Virus record (IMG/VR): IMGVR_UViG_3300037083_000054
Coordinates: 58,835-122,834 of that record
Direction: 5' to 3' (one strand)
DNA from: a virus
DNA: 64,000 nt
The position numbers were made by a program, and so were the translations under genes. The notes under the pieces are model-generated. The model was not told the DNA's origin and made no database searches. It saw only the letters and a list, made by a program, of their open reading frames with translations. How positions within the stretch are numbered: the first letter of the stretch is position 1; each line of letters starts with the position of its first letter. Positions 51,927 to 61,366 of this stretch are shown here, piece by piece.

Positions 51927-52679
51927 ATGATTGACAATCTGTTCGTGATCAACCTGAATCGTCGGCCTGACAGAATGACGGAACTCCGAGCGATCCTTCC
52001 GAAGTCGTTGAAGGAAATGAATCCTCAACGCTGGCCAGCGATCGACGGAAAACTCGTTTCTCCACCGAAATGGTACAAATCCGGCCCTGCGGCCTGGGGC
52101 TGCTTAAGGTCTCATTTGAACGTACTTGAGCACGCCATGATGCAAAATCTGACGTCGTATATGGTCTTGGAAGACGATTGTTGCTTTCGCCCGAACTTCG
52201 ACGAAGAATTGTCAAGTTTTTTTGCAGAAATACGAGACAAGGAATGGGGAATGGCTTATATCGGGGGGCAGCTCCTCGACACGTTTTCCAAACCGCCCGA
52301 GAAAATCTCGGAAAATTGCTATAAATCGTGGAATTGCCACCGACTTCACGCCGTAATTGTGAACCATTCCGCGTTTGCAACGTTATACCATCATCTGGTC
52401 TCTGATTGTCCGGACTTAATTGTCGATTATCGTGTTGGCGAATTGCATTCGAGAGGCGAGATTACCGCTCTATGTCCCGCTCGCTGGTTAGTGGGCCAGA
52501 GAGCGAGCCACAGCGATTTAATGGAACGAGACCGACCGAACGATGAATACTGGCTTGATCCGTGCGATGTCTATGAATCACATCAAATGATGTCGGATTA
52601 CTTCAAGGAAAATCCTTTGACAGAACTGGAGGTGGCCGCAAATGCAGCAAGAAGTTCGTCCATTCATGTCTCGAAGTGA
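51927..52679 (+). CDS. GT25-family glycosyltransferase
   Basis: FVINLNRRPDR, AIDG, GCLRSH, VLEDD, IVDY. Confidence 0.88.
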   Translation: MIDNLFVINLNRRPDRMTELRAILPKSLKEMNPQRWPAIDGKLVSPPKWYKSGPAAWGCLRSHLNVLEHAMMQNLTSYMVLEDDCCFRPNFDEELSSFFAEIRDKEWGMAYIGGQLLDTFSKPPEKISENCYKSWNCHRLHAVIVNHSAFATLYHHLVSDCPDLIVDYRVGELHSRGEITALCPARWLVGQRASHSDLMERDRPNDEYWLDPCDVYESHQMMSDYFKENPLTELEVAANAARSSSIHVSK

Positions 52680-53843
52680 GGAGTTGCCGATTCCTTTTCG
52701 ACCGCCAAGTCGAGAGGAATTGTCTCAACCTGGATTCAGTGATTTGACTGGGTGTCGCATTGGTCGTTTGATAGTCTTGGGACTTGCGGTCACTAAAAGT
52801 AACACTCATGGGAGACCGTGGGTCGTACGGTGCGATTGCGGCTGCTACTCAACAAAAAAAGGCAAAGCGATTGTGACGGAAAGCATCGAATATTTGCATG
52901 TTCCGATGTGCGGGCGATGCATGGATCATGTGAAGCTGAAGAAGAAAGATTTTTTTAATCGCTATGGGCGTTGGCCGACAAAAGAAGAAGAACTCATTCT
53001 TGAAAGGTAATTTCGTGGGGATGCAGAAAAACCGACTGATCGAGAACCTCGAACCGGGCACGATCGTCTCGCTTAATGACGAAGATTGGCTCGCAACGAC
53101 TGAAGATTGCGGCATCAGAAACATCATGCTCGTGCGAGGATTCCATCAATTGATCGTGCCGTGGGGAACGATCGTCAATGTTGTTCGTGAAGCTCCGGCG
53201 ATGTTGCCGCCGAAACGAAAGCGGAAATCATTGGCGAGGTCACTCCAATGAAGTCGCGATTCATCGTTCCGATCTATGACTTCGCCGTGACAGTTGTTCA
53301 AGTTCCGGTATCGAAAATCAACGCCGTGCGTGCAGGAATGAACGACCTGCTTGGCGAGCCGGACTCGCATATCAGCTATGCGAATGCGGCCTTTTGTTTG
53401 AGCGAACGAGAATGCGTGCTGTTTTTCACGAACGAAGCGGCTTGCGATGTTGGTGCGGTCGGGCATGAAATCGTCCATTTGGTTGCTGCCATCATGCGAT
53501 CGAGTGGCGTGGCTTATTCGTTCAAGAGCGAAGAAGCGTTTGCTTATCTTCATGGCTGGCTGGAGCGAAGAATCTGGACGATCCTTCACAAGTTCTCTGA
53601 GCGAAAGACGCCGAAGAAGGTAACGGCCAGACGAAAGGCGAAATCATGAGAGATGGATTGCCTCGCGGGTATGATGAATGGCGGACCCGAAATGCCGAAG
53701 ATGAAGCAGATCGTCGACTGAGTATCGCAGAACGTGAAGAAATGTTGCTCGACCGTGCTGATCATTTGCGGGACGAGGAACGCGACGATGACGAACCTGA
53801 TCCGCGTAAGTGGTCCTATTACGATGAGGAAAACGACGAATGA
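52642..53843 (+). other. Small hypothetical genes, including a DLTG..GRL..CDCG protein and an HEIVH zincin-like protein (53248-53649)
   Basis: Coupled ORFs; motifs as stated. Confidence 0.55.
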
Positions 53844-53858
53844 CAGAACCTGTTCACA

Positions 53859-54807
53859 TTATCTCTCTCGGTGCGGGCGTGCAGTCATCGACGATGGCTC
53901 TAATGGCAGCGTGTGAACAGTGAATTCCTCGCCGATCGGCTCTGCGTCCCATAAGAATGAAACATCCTTTGGATGAAGCAATTCAGAACCAGCAATGCGT
54001 CGAAACATTGAACTGTCCGCATCGCGTAACACCGGGAAGATGTGACGCATTCTCGATATCTGGGCGTTTGTGATTTTCGGCACGCGGTGAACGTGGGCGT
54101 AGAGCCAATCATTCGACGTTGTCATGAACGACCTCTGTTTCCTGTTCCTGCGGCTTTGTCAGCTTCTTCTTTTTCGGACCAATCCATTTTCCCTCCGCGT
54201 TCCATCGCTGATTGAATTGCATTTCATGCTGCCGATAGTGGTGAATCGGTTTCATCGTCTCCCCCAGCATCAATTCCAGATCTTCCTGTTTCGCTTTCGA
54301 TCCCTTGAGCACAATGTCAATGATCCGAGACACGCAAGCCGACCGCAGCGTTTCAAGCTGCGTCTTGTCATGCTCGAAGTGACAGTCCTTTTCAAAGCGG
54401 ACGCGGTAATCCTTGAACAGTCGGATTCCGTTCAACTCGGCAAATTCATTCCCCAATCGCAGGGCCTCGTCCGGCGTGACGCACGGAGCGGATTCAAAGG
54501 CCAATGATCGCTCTTTTTTCGTGAAACGCAGAATCTTCGTCAGGAATCCAGGCCGGAGATTTACCAAACGCATCACAAATCGCTCGTGAATCGTGCAAAC
54601 GTGCGGACGTGGCGTTCCGTCCGGATTCCAATCGGAGGCCAGCCAACGTGAAATGCCGACGTAGGAGAGAATCAGCTTCAGGGCTTTGTCGACCGAAGTC
54701 AGATCGACTGGCTGTTTGTAGAGATCGATGAACGAGCCGAGCATCTCATTCCAGATCTTGGTTCGCTTGGCACAGTGATCAGCATAGGTTTTTGGTTTCT
54801 TCGGCAT
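53859..54807 (-). other. Two minus-strand hypothetical genes (53859-54125, 54109-54807)
   Basis: AAGGA RBS before MPKKPK; overlapping ORFs. Confidence 0.5.
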
Positions 54808-55429
54808 TGATGGTTCCTTTGTTTTCAGCAGATCGGTCTGTCTGGATGAACGCAAGAAAACGCCGGTCGGATCAACGGATTTTCCGTTTTGTTACTGAAT
54901 CGAAGCCAAATCGCCCTTCAGATACTTCTCAACCGGGATTCGTTTGCCAGTTTCGTTGTTGACAACTTGCCCATTCTGCATCTGAACCTCCCAATTGGCA
55001 GTATTGGTGCTGTTTTGGCGGCAGGTTTCAAAAATGCTGGGCATGGCATTTGGGCATTGAAGGATGACAAATAATGTCGATTTTTCGGATTCTAAATTTT
55101 GTATCGGAGGGCAGGTGAGAAATGGAAAATTAAAAAACCCCTCGATGCAAGTTGCGATCAAGGGGCTTTAGTTACGTAAGTCCCAACAATTCCGGCAGAC
55201 CCAACTTTCTCAGGGCAAGTCTGTCAAAACGAGGATGGAAACTCACGATGTCTACTGAATTATACGGCTTATTGCCGCTGTTCTGGTATTCTTTGACCAG
55301 ACGCCAATTTCATTCGATGACCGGTCGCGGCACAAATCTGCTCTGACCATATTGTGCGTGCGGTTCCTGATGGGACCGCTTCGCATATTCTATCGTCAAC
55401 CTTCGGGCTTTTCCAGAGTTGAGTGACTC

Positions 55430-55597
55430 CTCTTATCGACTTTTTGATAAACGGATCGTTTTCCAATAAGGCCTTTTGTTCTGGCGTTGCCGTGGTCTGT
55501 TTCTTCGATTCGTCGTCTTGGCCTAATGTGAGGGAAACGAAAAATGCCGATGCGATAAAAATAAAACATTTTATTTTAGTGGAATCTTTGAACGTCA
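55430..55597 (-). pseudogene. Truncated paralog of the N-terminus of the C-type lectin gene
   Basis: IASAFFVSLTLGQDDESK...LLENDPFIKKSI versus IASAIFVSLTLGEDDESK...LLEKDPFIKKSI; similarity stops abruptly. Confidence 0.7.
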
Positions 55598-55700
55598 TGG
55601 CGATTGCGCTCCGCAGTGAAGTCTGACAAGTGAGACGTGTTCTTTTCCGGTCGGCAATGATCCTACCGGCAATGATTCGATGGCTGCCAGTGAGCGGATC

Positions 55701-55856
55701 TGCCATTGCAGTTCAAGATGAATCATGGAAAATGACAAACGCCGCGAATGGGGATTCGCGGCGTCCTCTGATTTCAATGTTCTCGGGAAAGAACCATGTG
55801 CAGTGAGACATGCATGGTAACAACTCCCGGTGCGCCGTCAACTGGGAGTTCTCGCA
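55701..55856 (+). promoter_or_regulatory. Conserved promoter plus structured 5' leader, copy 2
   Basis: Homologous to 8602-8758 with a compensatory A-T to G-C change in hairpin 1. Confidence 0.65.
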
Positions 55857-56648
55857 ATGCCTGCTGTGCCTAGCAAGTTTCAATATCTATTTATGTTATT
55901 GAAAAAAGCGTGGGAAATAGAAATCTCAAAATGGTTCTCGACGGTATGGACAACTGCCGTGATGCTTATTGGTGGACTCTCCTGCCTCGCATTTGCTTCT
56001 GGAAACTGGGCTGTATTCGCTTCACAATCTGACACATTGCAGAGAACCGGCTACGGACTCTTGCTGATTGGCGCAATTAATTTACTGCGGTGCATCACAT
56101 CAGCTCCGTACAAAATATATTGCGAACAACTGTCGGACATTAATGAATTGAAGTCCAAATCACCAATTCGAACGATAATCGAGGCGTTCATAGACCAGGA
56201 CCGTTCATATCGAGAGATTAATACGCTTTCAGTGTGTAAAGTCAGCGTTCGCCAACTCGGGACAATTCCAGCTATTCGGGTTCGCGTAAAAATCATAAAT
56301 GCAATCGCAATCGGAGATGACCCAAGCGGAGCGAGGAAAAACTATGCCGACGAAGTGAAAGGCATGGCACTTCAGCAAACGCATGTTGTGGCGCAACCAG
56401 ATCCTCACATACCGTCTCTCGCCGTTGATTCAGACTTTGATTTAGCCGAAACATGGACGGATAAAGATTTCATCAGAATCATGCACGGAACTACCTTTGG
56501 CGGACAGGTAAACGAAAATATCGGTAGACTTCCATGTGGAATATACGAATTAGATCTACGAGCTGAATCAGACAATGCTGATCCAGATATCCTGAAAGTC
56601 GAACTTTCAAGATCAAACGATGGCCGTGTGCGACTTCGTCAAATATGA
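55857..56648 (+). CDS. Hypothetical two-TM membrane cargo protein
   Basis: ATG 8 nt after GGGAG; two hydrophobic helices; AT-richer than the flanks. Confidence 0.6.
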   Translation: MPAVPSKFQYLFMLLKKAWEIEISKWFSTVWTTAVMLIGGLSCLAFASGNWAVFASQSDTLQRTGYGLLLIGAINLLRCITSAPYKIYCEQLSDINELKSKSPIRTIIEAFIDQDRSYREINTLSVCKVSVRQLGTIPAIRVRVKIINAIAIGDDPSGARKNYADEVKGMALQQTHVVAQPDPHIPSLAVDSDFDLAETWTDKDFIRIMHGTTFGGQVNENIGRLPCGIYELDLRAESDNADPDILKVELSRSNDGRVRLRQI

Positions 56649-56932
56649 CAATCATTGGCATGCCCGTTTAATATGAATCCTGCCCGTTTATTCAGGTCAA
56701 AACGGCATTAAACGGGCAAAGCCGCTTTATTCTGCTGCTGGCTTCGTTCTGTCTCGCATCGAACGAGCATTCCAGTCGGCTTGTGCTTCACCTGGACAGC
56801 CGATTCAGTTTTGTTGCGATGCTGACCGCCCGGACCGGACCCGCGACAGGTTGAGATTTCAAGGTCGGATTCATTGGGTAACGATATACTTCGCTCAGAA
56901 CTTTGCAGGTAATTGAAAATGAAAAACCGACG

Positions 56933-57067
56933 TTACTTTTTTCGCTTCTTGGCTTTGTTCTTGGCCAGCTTTTTATCGAGTTCGGCCTTCGGAACCTTGA
57001 CCAGCTTCGATGCCAAATCCTTGAATGCTCCGAAGCCACGCGGCTTCCTTTCCGGTACGTCTGTCAC
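56933..57067 (-). CDS. 44-aa basic protein downstream of the IS1595 transposase
   Basis: GTG with AGGAG RBS; ...FKDLASKLVKVPKAELDKKLAKNKAKKRKK. Confidence 0.55.
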   Translation of the reverse strand: MTDVPERKPRGFGAFKDLASKLVKVPKAELDKKLAKNKAKKRKK

Positions 57068-57077
57068 AATCAATCTC

Positions 57078-58037
57078 CTATTGAATTCCCATGAAACCGG
57101 CATCGTCGATTCCGGCCAACTTACGATAAGTCAGCCGCTTTCCGACGACACCTTTGAGCAGCTTGAAAAACCGATAGCAGTCGTTCACTTTTCGCTGATT
57201 AAATCTCCAAGCCTGCTCGTGACAGTATCTGTGCAGGTGGAACGGCATCACAGCAACGTAGGTTCCCTTCAGTGCTCGTTTGAGCAGGGACCAGAAGTTT
57301 TCAACGCTGTTCGTATGGCATCGCCCGCGAACAAACTCAATCGCATGGTCGACGGCGCTGTGCCGGTATCGGTTGTGCAACGATCCATAGGCCGTGGCCG
57401 CGTCAGTGTAGACGAACGAATCGGCCTCTACGTTGCGAATGATGTTTCCAGCCAAGTTCTCAGCGTCGGCAGCAGGAACGACGAACGTCCTGACATTTCC
57501 TTCGCGTTCCAAGATTCCCTGCACGGCTGTTTTGTTGACCGCTCCCCGACCGTCAATCAGTTTCTTTCGTCGGCCAGCATGCATGTTTTTAGCTTTACCA
57601 CCGACGAATGTTTCATCAGATTCGACTTCGCCATTCATTTTACGGAAGTCGTCCGTCTCCATCGCAACGCGGATTCTGTGAAGCATAAACCACGCCGTTT
57701 TTTGGGTGACGCCGATTGCTCGGCCAAGCTCGTGAGAACTGACACCGTTCTTGCAATTAGCGATCGACCAGACGGCCACAAACCACTTGTCCAGGCCAAG
57801 CGGCGAATCCTCGAAAATGGTGTCAATCTTGTACGAGAATTGCTTTTTGCAGGTCCGAACATTGCATTGAAGTTGTGGACGGCCTTTAACTGGAGTCACC
57901 GATTTTCCTTCACACTTCGGGCAGACAATCTCGCCGTTTGGCCATTTCAGATCGGCCATGACTTCGTTGCAGCGGGCCGGATCGGAAAAGTAGCGGACGG
58001 CTTCGATAAGAGTTTTTGGGAGAGCATTATCTGCCAT
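57078..58037 (-). CDS. IS1595-family transposase
   Basis: KWPNG..CPKC zinc ribbon, TIFEDS, KTAWFMLHRIR, VESDETFVGG, VYTD, HTNSVENFWSLLKR, HLHRY..E. Confidence 0.95.
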   Translation of the reverse strand: MADNALPKTLIEAVRYFSDPARCNEVMADLKWPNGEIVCPKCEGKSVTPVKGRPQLQCNVRTCKKQFSYKIDTIFEDSPLGLDKWFVAVWSIANCKNGVSSHELGRAIGVTQKTAWFMLHRIRVAMETDDFRKMNGEVESDETFVGGKAKNMHAGRRKKLIDGRGAVNKTAVQGILEREGNVRTFVVPAADAENLAGNIIRNVEADSFVYTDAATAYGSLHNRYRHSAVDHAIEFVRGRCHTNSVENFWSLLKRALKGTYVAVMPFHLHRYCHEQAWRFNQRKVNDCYRFFKLLKGVVGKRLTYRKLAGIDDAGFMGIQ

Positions 58038-58046
58038 AATTGTTCC

Positions 58047-58724
58047 TTAATCGCAACCCCACTGAGCGGCCATAGCATTCGCAATTCCAGCGTAAGTAAC
58101 CGAACGAATGGACCAGCGATCATCGGAGGGCGGAAGCCTGTTTTGGCCGCCGTCTGTCTGATTCGACCATCGTTCGACAACTTTTCCAGTTCTCGGATCA
58201 GTCACAAACCGTCCTTGAAATCTCCGTGTATGTCGAAGCGTCGGCAAACCTATCAACCAGAGGCACGTCTTTTTGCTGGCGTCTTCCCCAAAGTCATACG
58301 GTTGAATGTATTGATCTGGTTCCCGCCACCGAGTCGAAAGAATACCAACAGGATTCTCAAAGCATTGCCGTGGGATGCCGCTATCACGAATCCTGTAAAC
58401 GAATTCAATGGATTGTTCTCTGGCTTCGCGGCGTGCTTTTCCGGCGAGAGTTCCCGGCTTAATCCTTTGATGATAACCGACTTCAGGGTATCGCTCGAAG
58501 TCTGGCTCTTTGTAAGCCCATTCCGCCGAGCCTGTCATGAATGTGCATGTGGGGAAGAATATCCCGATGTCCCAGTCTCTGTCGAGAACCGTCAACACGT
58601 CGCATTGCAAATGTTTTCCGCCCGTTTTGCAGGGCAGCAAGTCGCAAGACCATGCGTCATGGCCGAGAGCGGCAAAGGCGTCCCTGACACGTCCTGAAGA
58701 TTCACAGCCGAGCAATACACGCAC
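58047..58724 (-). CDS. DNA cytosine methyltransferase-like passenger protein
   Basis: VLLGCESSGRVRDAF...SCDL, FPTCT, ENPVG, QPYDFG, KKTCLWL, RSVTYAGIANAMAAQW. Confidence 0.75.
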   Translation of the reverse strand: MRVLLGCESSGRVRDAFAALGHDAWSCDLLPCKTGGKHLQCDVLTVLDRDWDIGIFFPTCTFMTGSAEWAYKEPDFERYPEVGYHQRIKPGTLAGKARREAREQSIEFVYRIRDSGIPRQCFENPVGILSTRWREPDQYIQPYDFGEDASKKTCLWLIGLPTLRHTRRFQGRFVTDPRTGKVVERWSNQTDGGQNRLPPSDDRWSIRSVTYAGIANAMAAQWGCD

Positions 58725-58896
58725 TTGACTGCTCCTTTGTGAGTTGGGATTCCATGCGAGTTACAAAATACTCGTAATCAAATTCATAACGATCCATCAT
58801 GGCGTACACTTTTTCGCAAGGTCGCATTTCGCACCGCAACTGAGCAAGCGTCAATCCGAGACTTTTGACATCGATCAAAAACTGTTCATAGGTCAT
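58702..58896 (-). CDS. Small hypothetical passenger gene
   Basis: GGGAG RBS downstream of the IS-internal promoter (58930-58958). Confidence 0.5.
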   Translation of the reverse strand: MTYEQFLIDVKSLGLTLAQLRCEMRPCEKVYAMMDRYEFDYEYFVTRMESQLTKEQSSACIARL

Positions 58897-59799
58897 TTTG
58901 AAACTCCCGTTCGTGTGTGTGACAGAAGTATTATCGTCTCTGCGTTGTTCTGAGTCAACTACTAACCGTGAGAAACGGCAATTATTCCAAAAGTTCTGAG
59001 TCAAGTAGGTCGTTACCATTCATTGAGTCGGAACTCTGCGGGCGTGATATCCCGGAAGACGGCGACCGTGACAGTCGAAGAATGAACTTTCCCTTTGCGT
59101 TCGTTCGGTGGAACACGCTGCCATCGGTGTCCGCCGGATTCGTGCTTGAAGAGTTGCCATGCAGTCGGTCCGCAGACCTTCACGACGATCATGCCAATCA
59201 GGTCATTGACGATTTCGACGCTAAAGGCAACTCCGTCGAGCGGCCTTCAAATAGACCGACAGTTGCTCGCGGACTAAAGACTTCGCATCATCGCCACCTT
59301 CACCGGCTCGAATCTCAATCCATGCGTTCATGATTATCACTCTCGTTAAAGAAACACTGGCACGTTTTATCTTAACAGGTCACGCTTGGCCTTCGAAATC
59401 ACGGCGGCATCGAATACGAGAGTGGTCAACTGCCGACACCAACCCTCTTGGAATCTTCCCCCGAACACACTGTTGCAAGCGAACGTATCCAGAACGCGCA
59501 AGACCCCTAACCCCGGCACTAAAACTTACAAAAAAGTAAGAAAAAGTCGTGATTAGGGGTATATTTGCAAGACGAACTGTAGAGCCGTCACGCCCAAGGG
59601 CTCGGCCATTTACTGTTGCCGAAATACTTGGATCTCCCCCGACAGGTTCCGCCTGATAAATCAGGTGCGAATGAGTCGCTGGATTGGTTGCGTAGTCCCG
59701 GTATCACGAGCCGGTTCATCCCGTGTCTGTATGTCGAAGCTAACTTGGTTAAGCCGCTTTAGGTGTCAATGACAAGCACCGTGCAGGATATGTCGGAAA

Positions 59800-60180
59800 T
59801 CAAATCTTTCGCTTGTGTTCCTTCTCGTGGCAATTCTTGCAGAGTATTTCGATGTCAGTCGCGACATTCTCGTGACCGAATCGCTCATAGGTTTTATGAT
59901 GGCAATGCAAAAATTCAGTGGCAGGGCATCGACGGCATTTTCTGCCATGAATCGAGAGAGCTAAACGTCTTTTAGACGCCCACGCATCAGATCGCATATA
60001 GGCGTGATATTCGATACTCAACTCAAATGGGCGACGTTCCGAAGACTTGGATTTCTTTTCCAATCGACGCTTACGTTTGGCGAGTCTCGCGGCATTCCAG
60101 GCTGGTTCGAATCTTGATGCTTTCGACCGCATTGCCGATGATTTCATGCGAACAGTCCATTGTTCCAAAAACGACAGCAC
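59800..60180 (-). CDS. HNH endonuclease
   Basis: Y..YMRSDAW..KR...CRRC...HCHHKTY..FGHE...LCKNCHEKEH. Confidence 0.85.
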   Translation of the reverse strand: MLSFLEQWTVRMKSSAMRSKASRFEPAWNAARLAKRKRRLEKKSKSSERRPFELSIEYHAYMRSDAWASKRRLALSIHGRKCRRCPATEFLHCHHKTYERFGHENVATDIEILCKNCHEKEHKRKI

Positions 60181-60395
60181 CCAAAATAACCAAGGGCATT
60201 TGGTTGTTTTGGGTGGCCGTAGAGCGGAAAGCCCATTTTATTTTTGTGATTTATCGACTTCCGATGCCCCGGTTGTCGTTTCGGCTGCCATTTTCCTATG
60301 ACGATTGTTTCGAATTGTTTTGCGAGGCGGCATATTACCGGTCACGACTGCCAGTGTCAATCTATTCGCAAACTGCCGAAAAATCAGTGCGAATT

Positions 60396-60567
60396 AAATA
60401 AGCGGCTTATTTAATTTTCTCAGATGTATAGAGGATTATCGACAAAACAGCAGGTATCACGGCTTCAATTGGCCGCTCGCTTCTCGCCAACAATTTCCTA
60501 TTTTCGGGAATTCCGATTTTTCTTTCCGTCTTGCTCTCGACAATCACGATATCATAATTATGATATA
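60396..60567 (+). promoter_or_regulatory. Palindrome plus promoter/operator module, copy 2
   Basis: AAATAAGCGGCTTATTT, GGGAATTCCGAT, TCGACA-16-TATGAT within ATATCATAATTATGATAT. Confidence 0.6.
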
Positions 60568-60607
60568 TCTGCCGAACGCGAATCAAACTCAAACAAGGGG
60601 CGAGCAA

Positions 60608-61366
60608 ATGTCACAAATCATGATCAGTCGACAGAACTACGATTATCTCGTGCGAAACTGTCCGTCATGGATGAGTCGGTATTGGAGTGAATTTTCAAGG
60701 CAGTGGATGATTGGCGGAGTGTTGGTCAAGGGCGAGTCCCATCAAATTGAAAATCTTCGCTGTCAACTTCCGTCCCCGGACGACAAATAGTTTCGATGTC
60801 GTGATCTGATGGGCGAGAAGTTTCGTTACTCAAACCGAGGGGAATTCAAAATGGCAACTTATCGAATTCATGCAGATTTGATCGACGGCGAATTCATGAA
60901 GACATTTCGCAGCATGAAGTCAGTCGTGGCATATGTCGATTCGATGGAAGACTTCGGCGATGACGGCAGGCGACCTTGGGGCTTTCAAGGCGAGTTCGGC
61001 CCATTTTCCTTTGAGGGCTTCTCATGGGCTGAGATTCATCGCTGCAAGAATAATTACTACCGAAATCATGTGGATGTTGTCGAATGCCAAGCCGACTGGA
61101 AGCTGGTCGAATGGCTCCCGAATCCAGTGACCGGCTATGCAGAATCGGCACAGCTATTCGCATGGGCATATAACGCGACGCATCAAGGATCGTTCTTCGA
61201 GGTCCGTGCCGTGATGGGGCGATATCATGTCACCGCCTTTGATTCCGAATCGCAATACGAAGACGACTGCGGTTTCGAAATCGGTCGATATCGCTCAATG
61301 GAAGATGTCCAGGCGGCAATCGTTCGATGGAGCTTGGCTCCCAAGGCTTCGCGATTCGAATGGTAA
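60608..61366 (+). other. Two early-type hypothetical genes (60608-60790; 60851-61366, truncated by the IS end)
   Basis: RBS-preceded ATGs; the stop of the second gene is supplied by the TIR (TGG TAA). Confidence 0.55.

Larger units (their letters stand above)
54988..56723. mobile_element. Non-autonomous remnant of the GGCTTTG-ended element, inserted in the release factor gene
   Basis: End ATTAAACGGGCAAAGCC at 56707-56723 with the same subterminal repeats as 9235-9298; carries the leader copy and a truncated lectin N-terminus; left boundary inferred from where RF homology resumes. Confidence 0.65.
56877..59017 (-). mobile_element. IS1595-family transporter IS with passenger genes
   Basis: Imperfect TIRs GGTAACGA..TACTT..CTCAGAACTTT; 8-bp TSD ATTCATTG at 56869-56876 and 59018-59025. 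Confidence 0.95.
54892..59331 (-). pseudogene. RF1-like class I peptide chain release factor (lacking domain 1), +1 frameshift, split into 59331-59018, 56876-56724 and 54987-54892
   Basis: EIRAGEGG; after the +1 shift FKHESGGHRWQRVPPNE..GKVHSSTVTVAV; after the [24 protein letters not shown]...ERSQQQNK; C-terminal QNGQVVN..TG...YLKGDL. Confidence 0.88.

Noticed and set aside
56724-56876. Stand-alone ArfB-like GGQ protein
   Set aside because: The TSD joins it in frame to an upstream RF domain-2 segment, so it is part of the split release factor.
56913-58697. 594-aa plus-strand ORF
   Set aside because: Antisense shadow of the IS1595 transposase and methyltransferase-like genes; the same applies to 62116-63192, 25073-26329 and 31427-32716.
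59800-60180. IscB/HEARO-type RNA-guided nuclease
   Set aside because: Too short, with no RuvC or PLMP motifs; a simple HNH protein.
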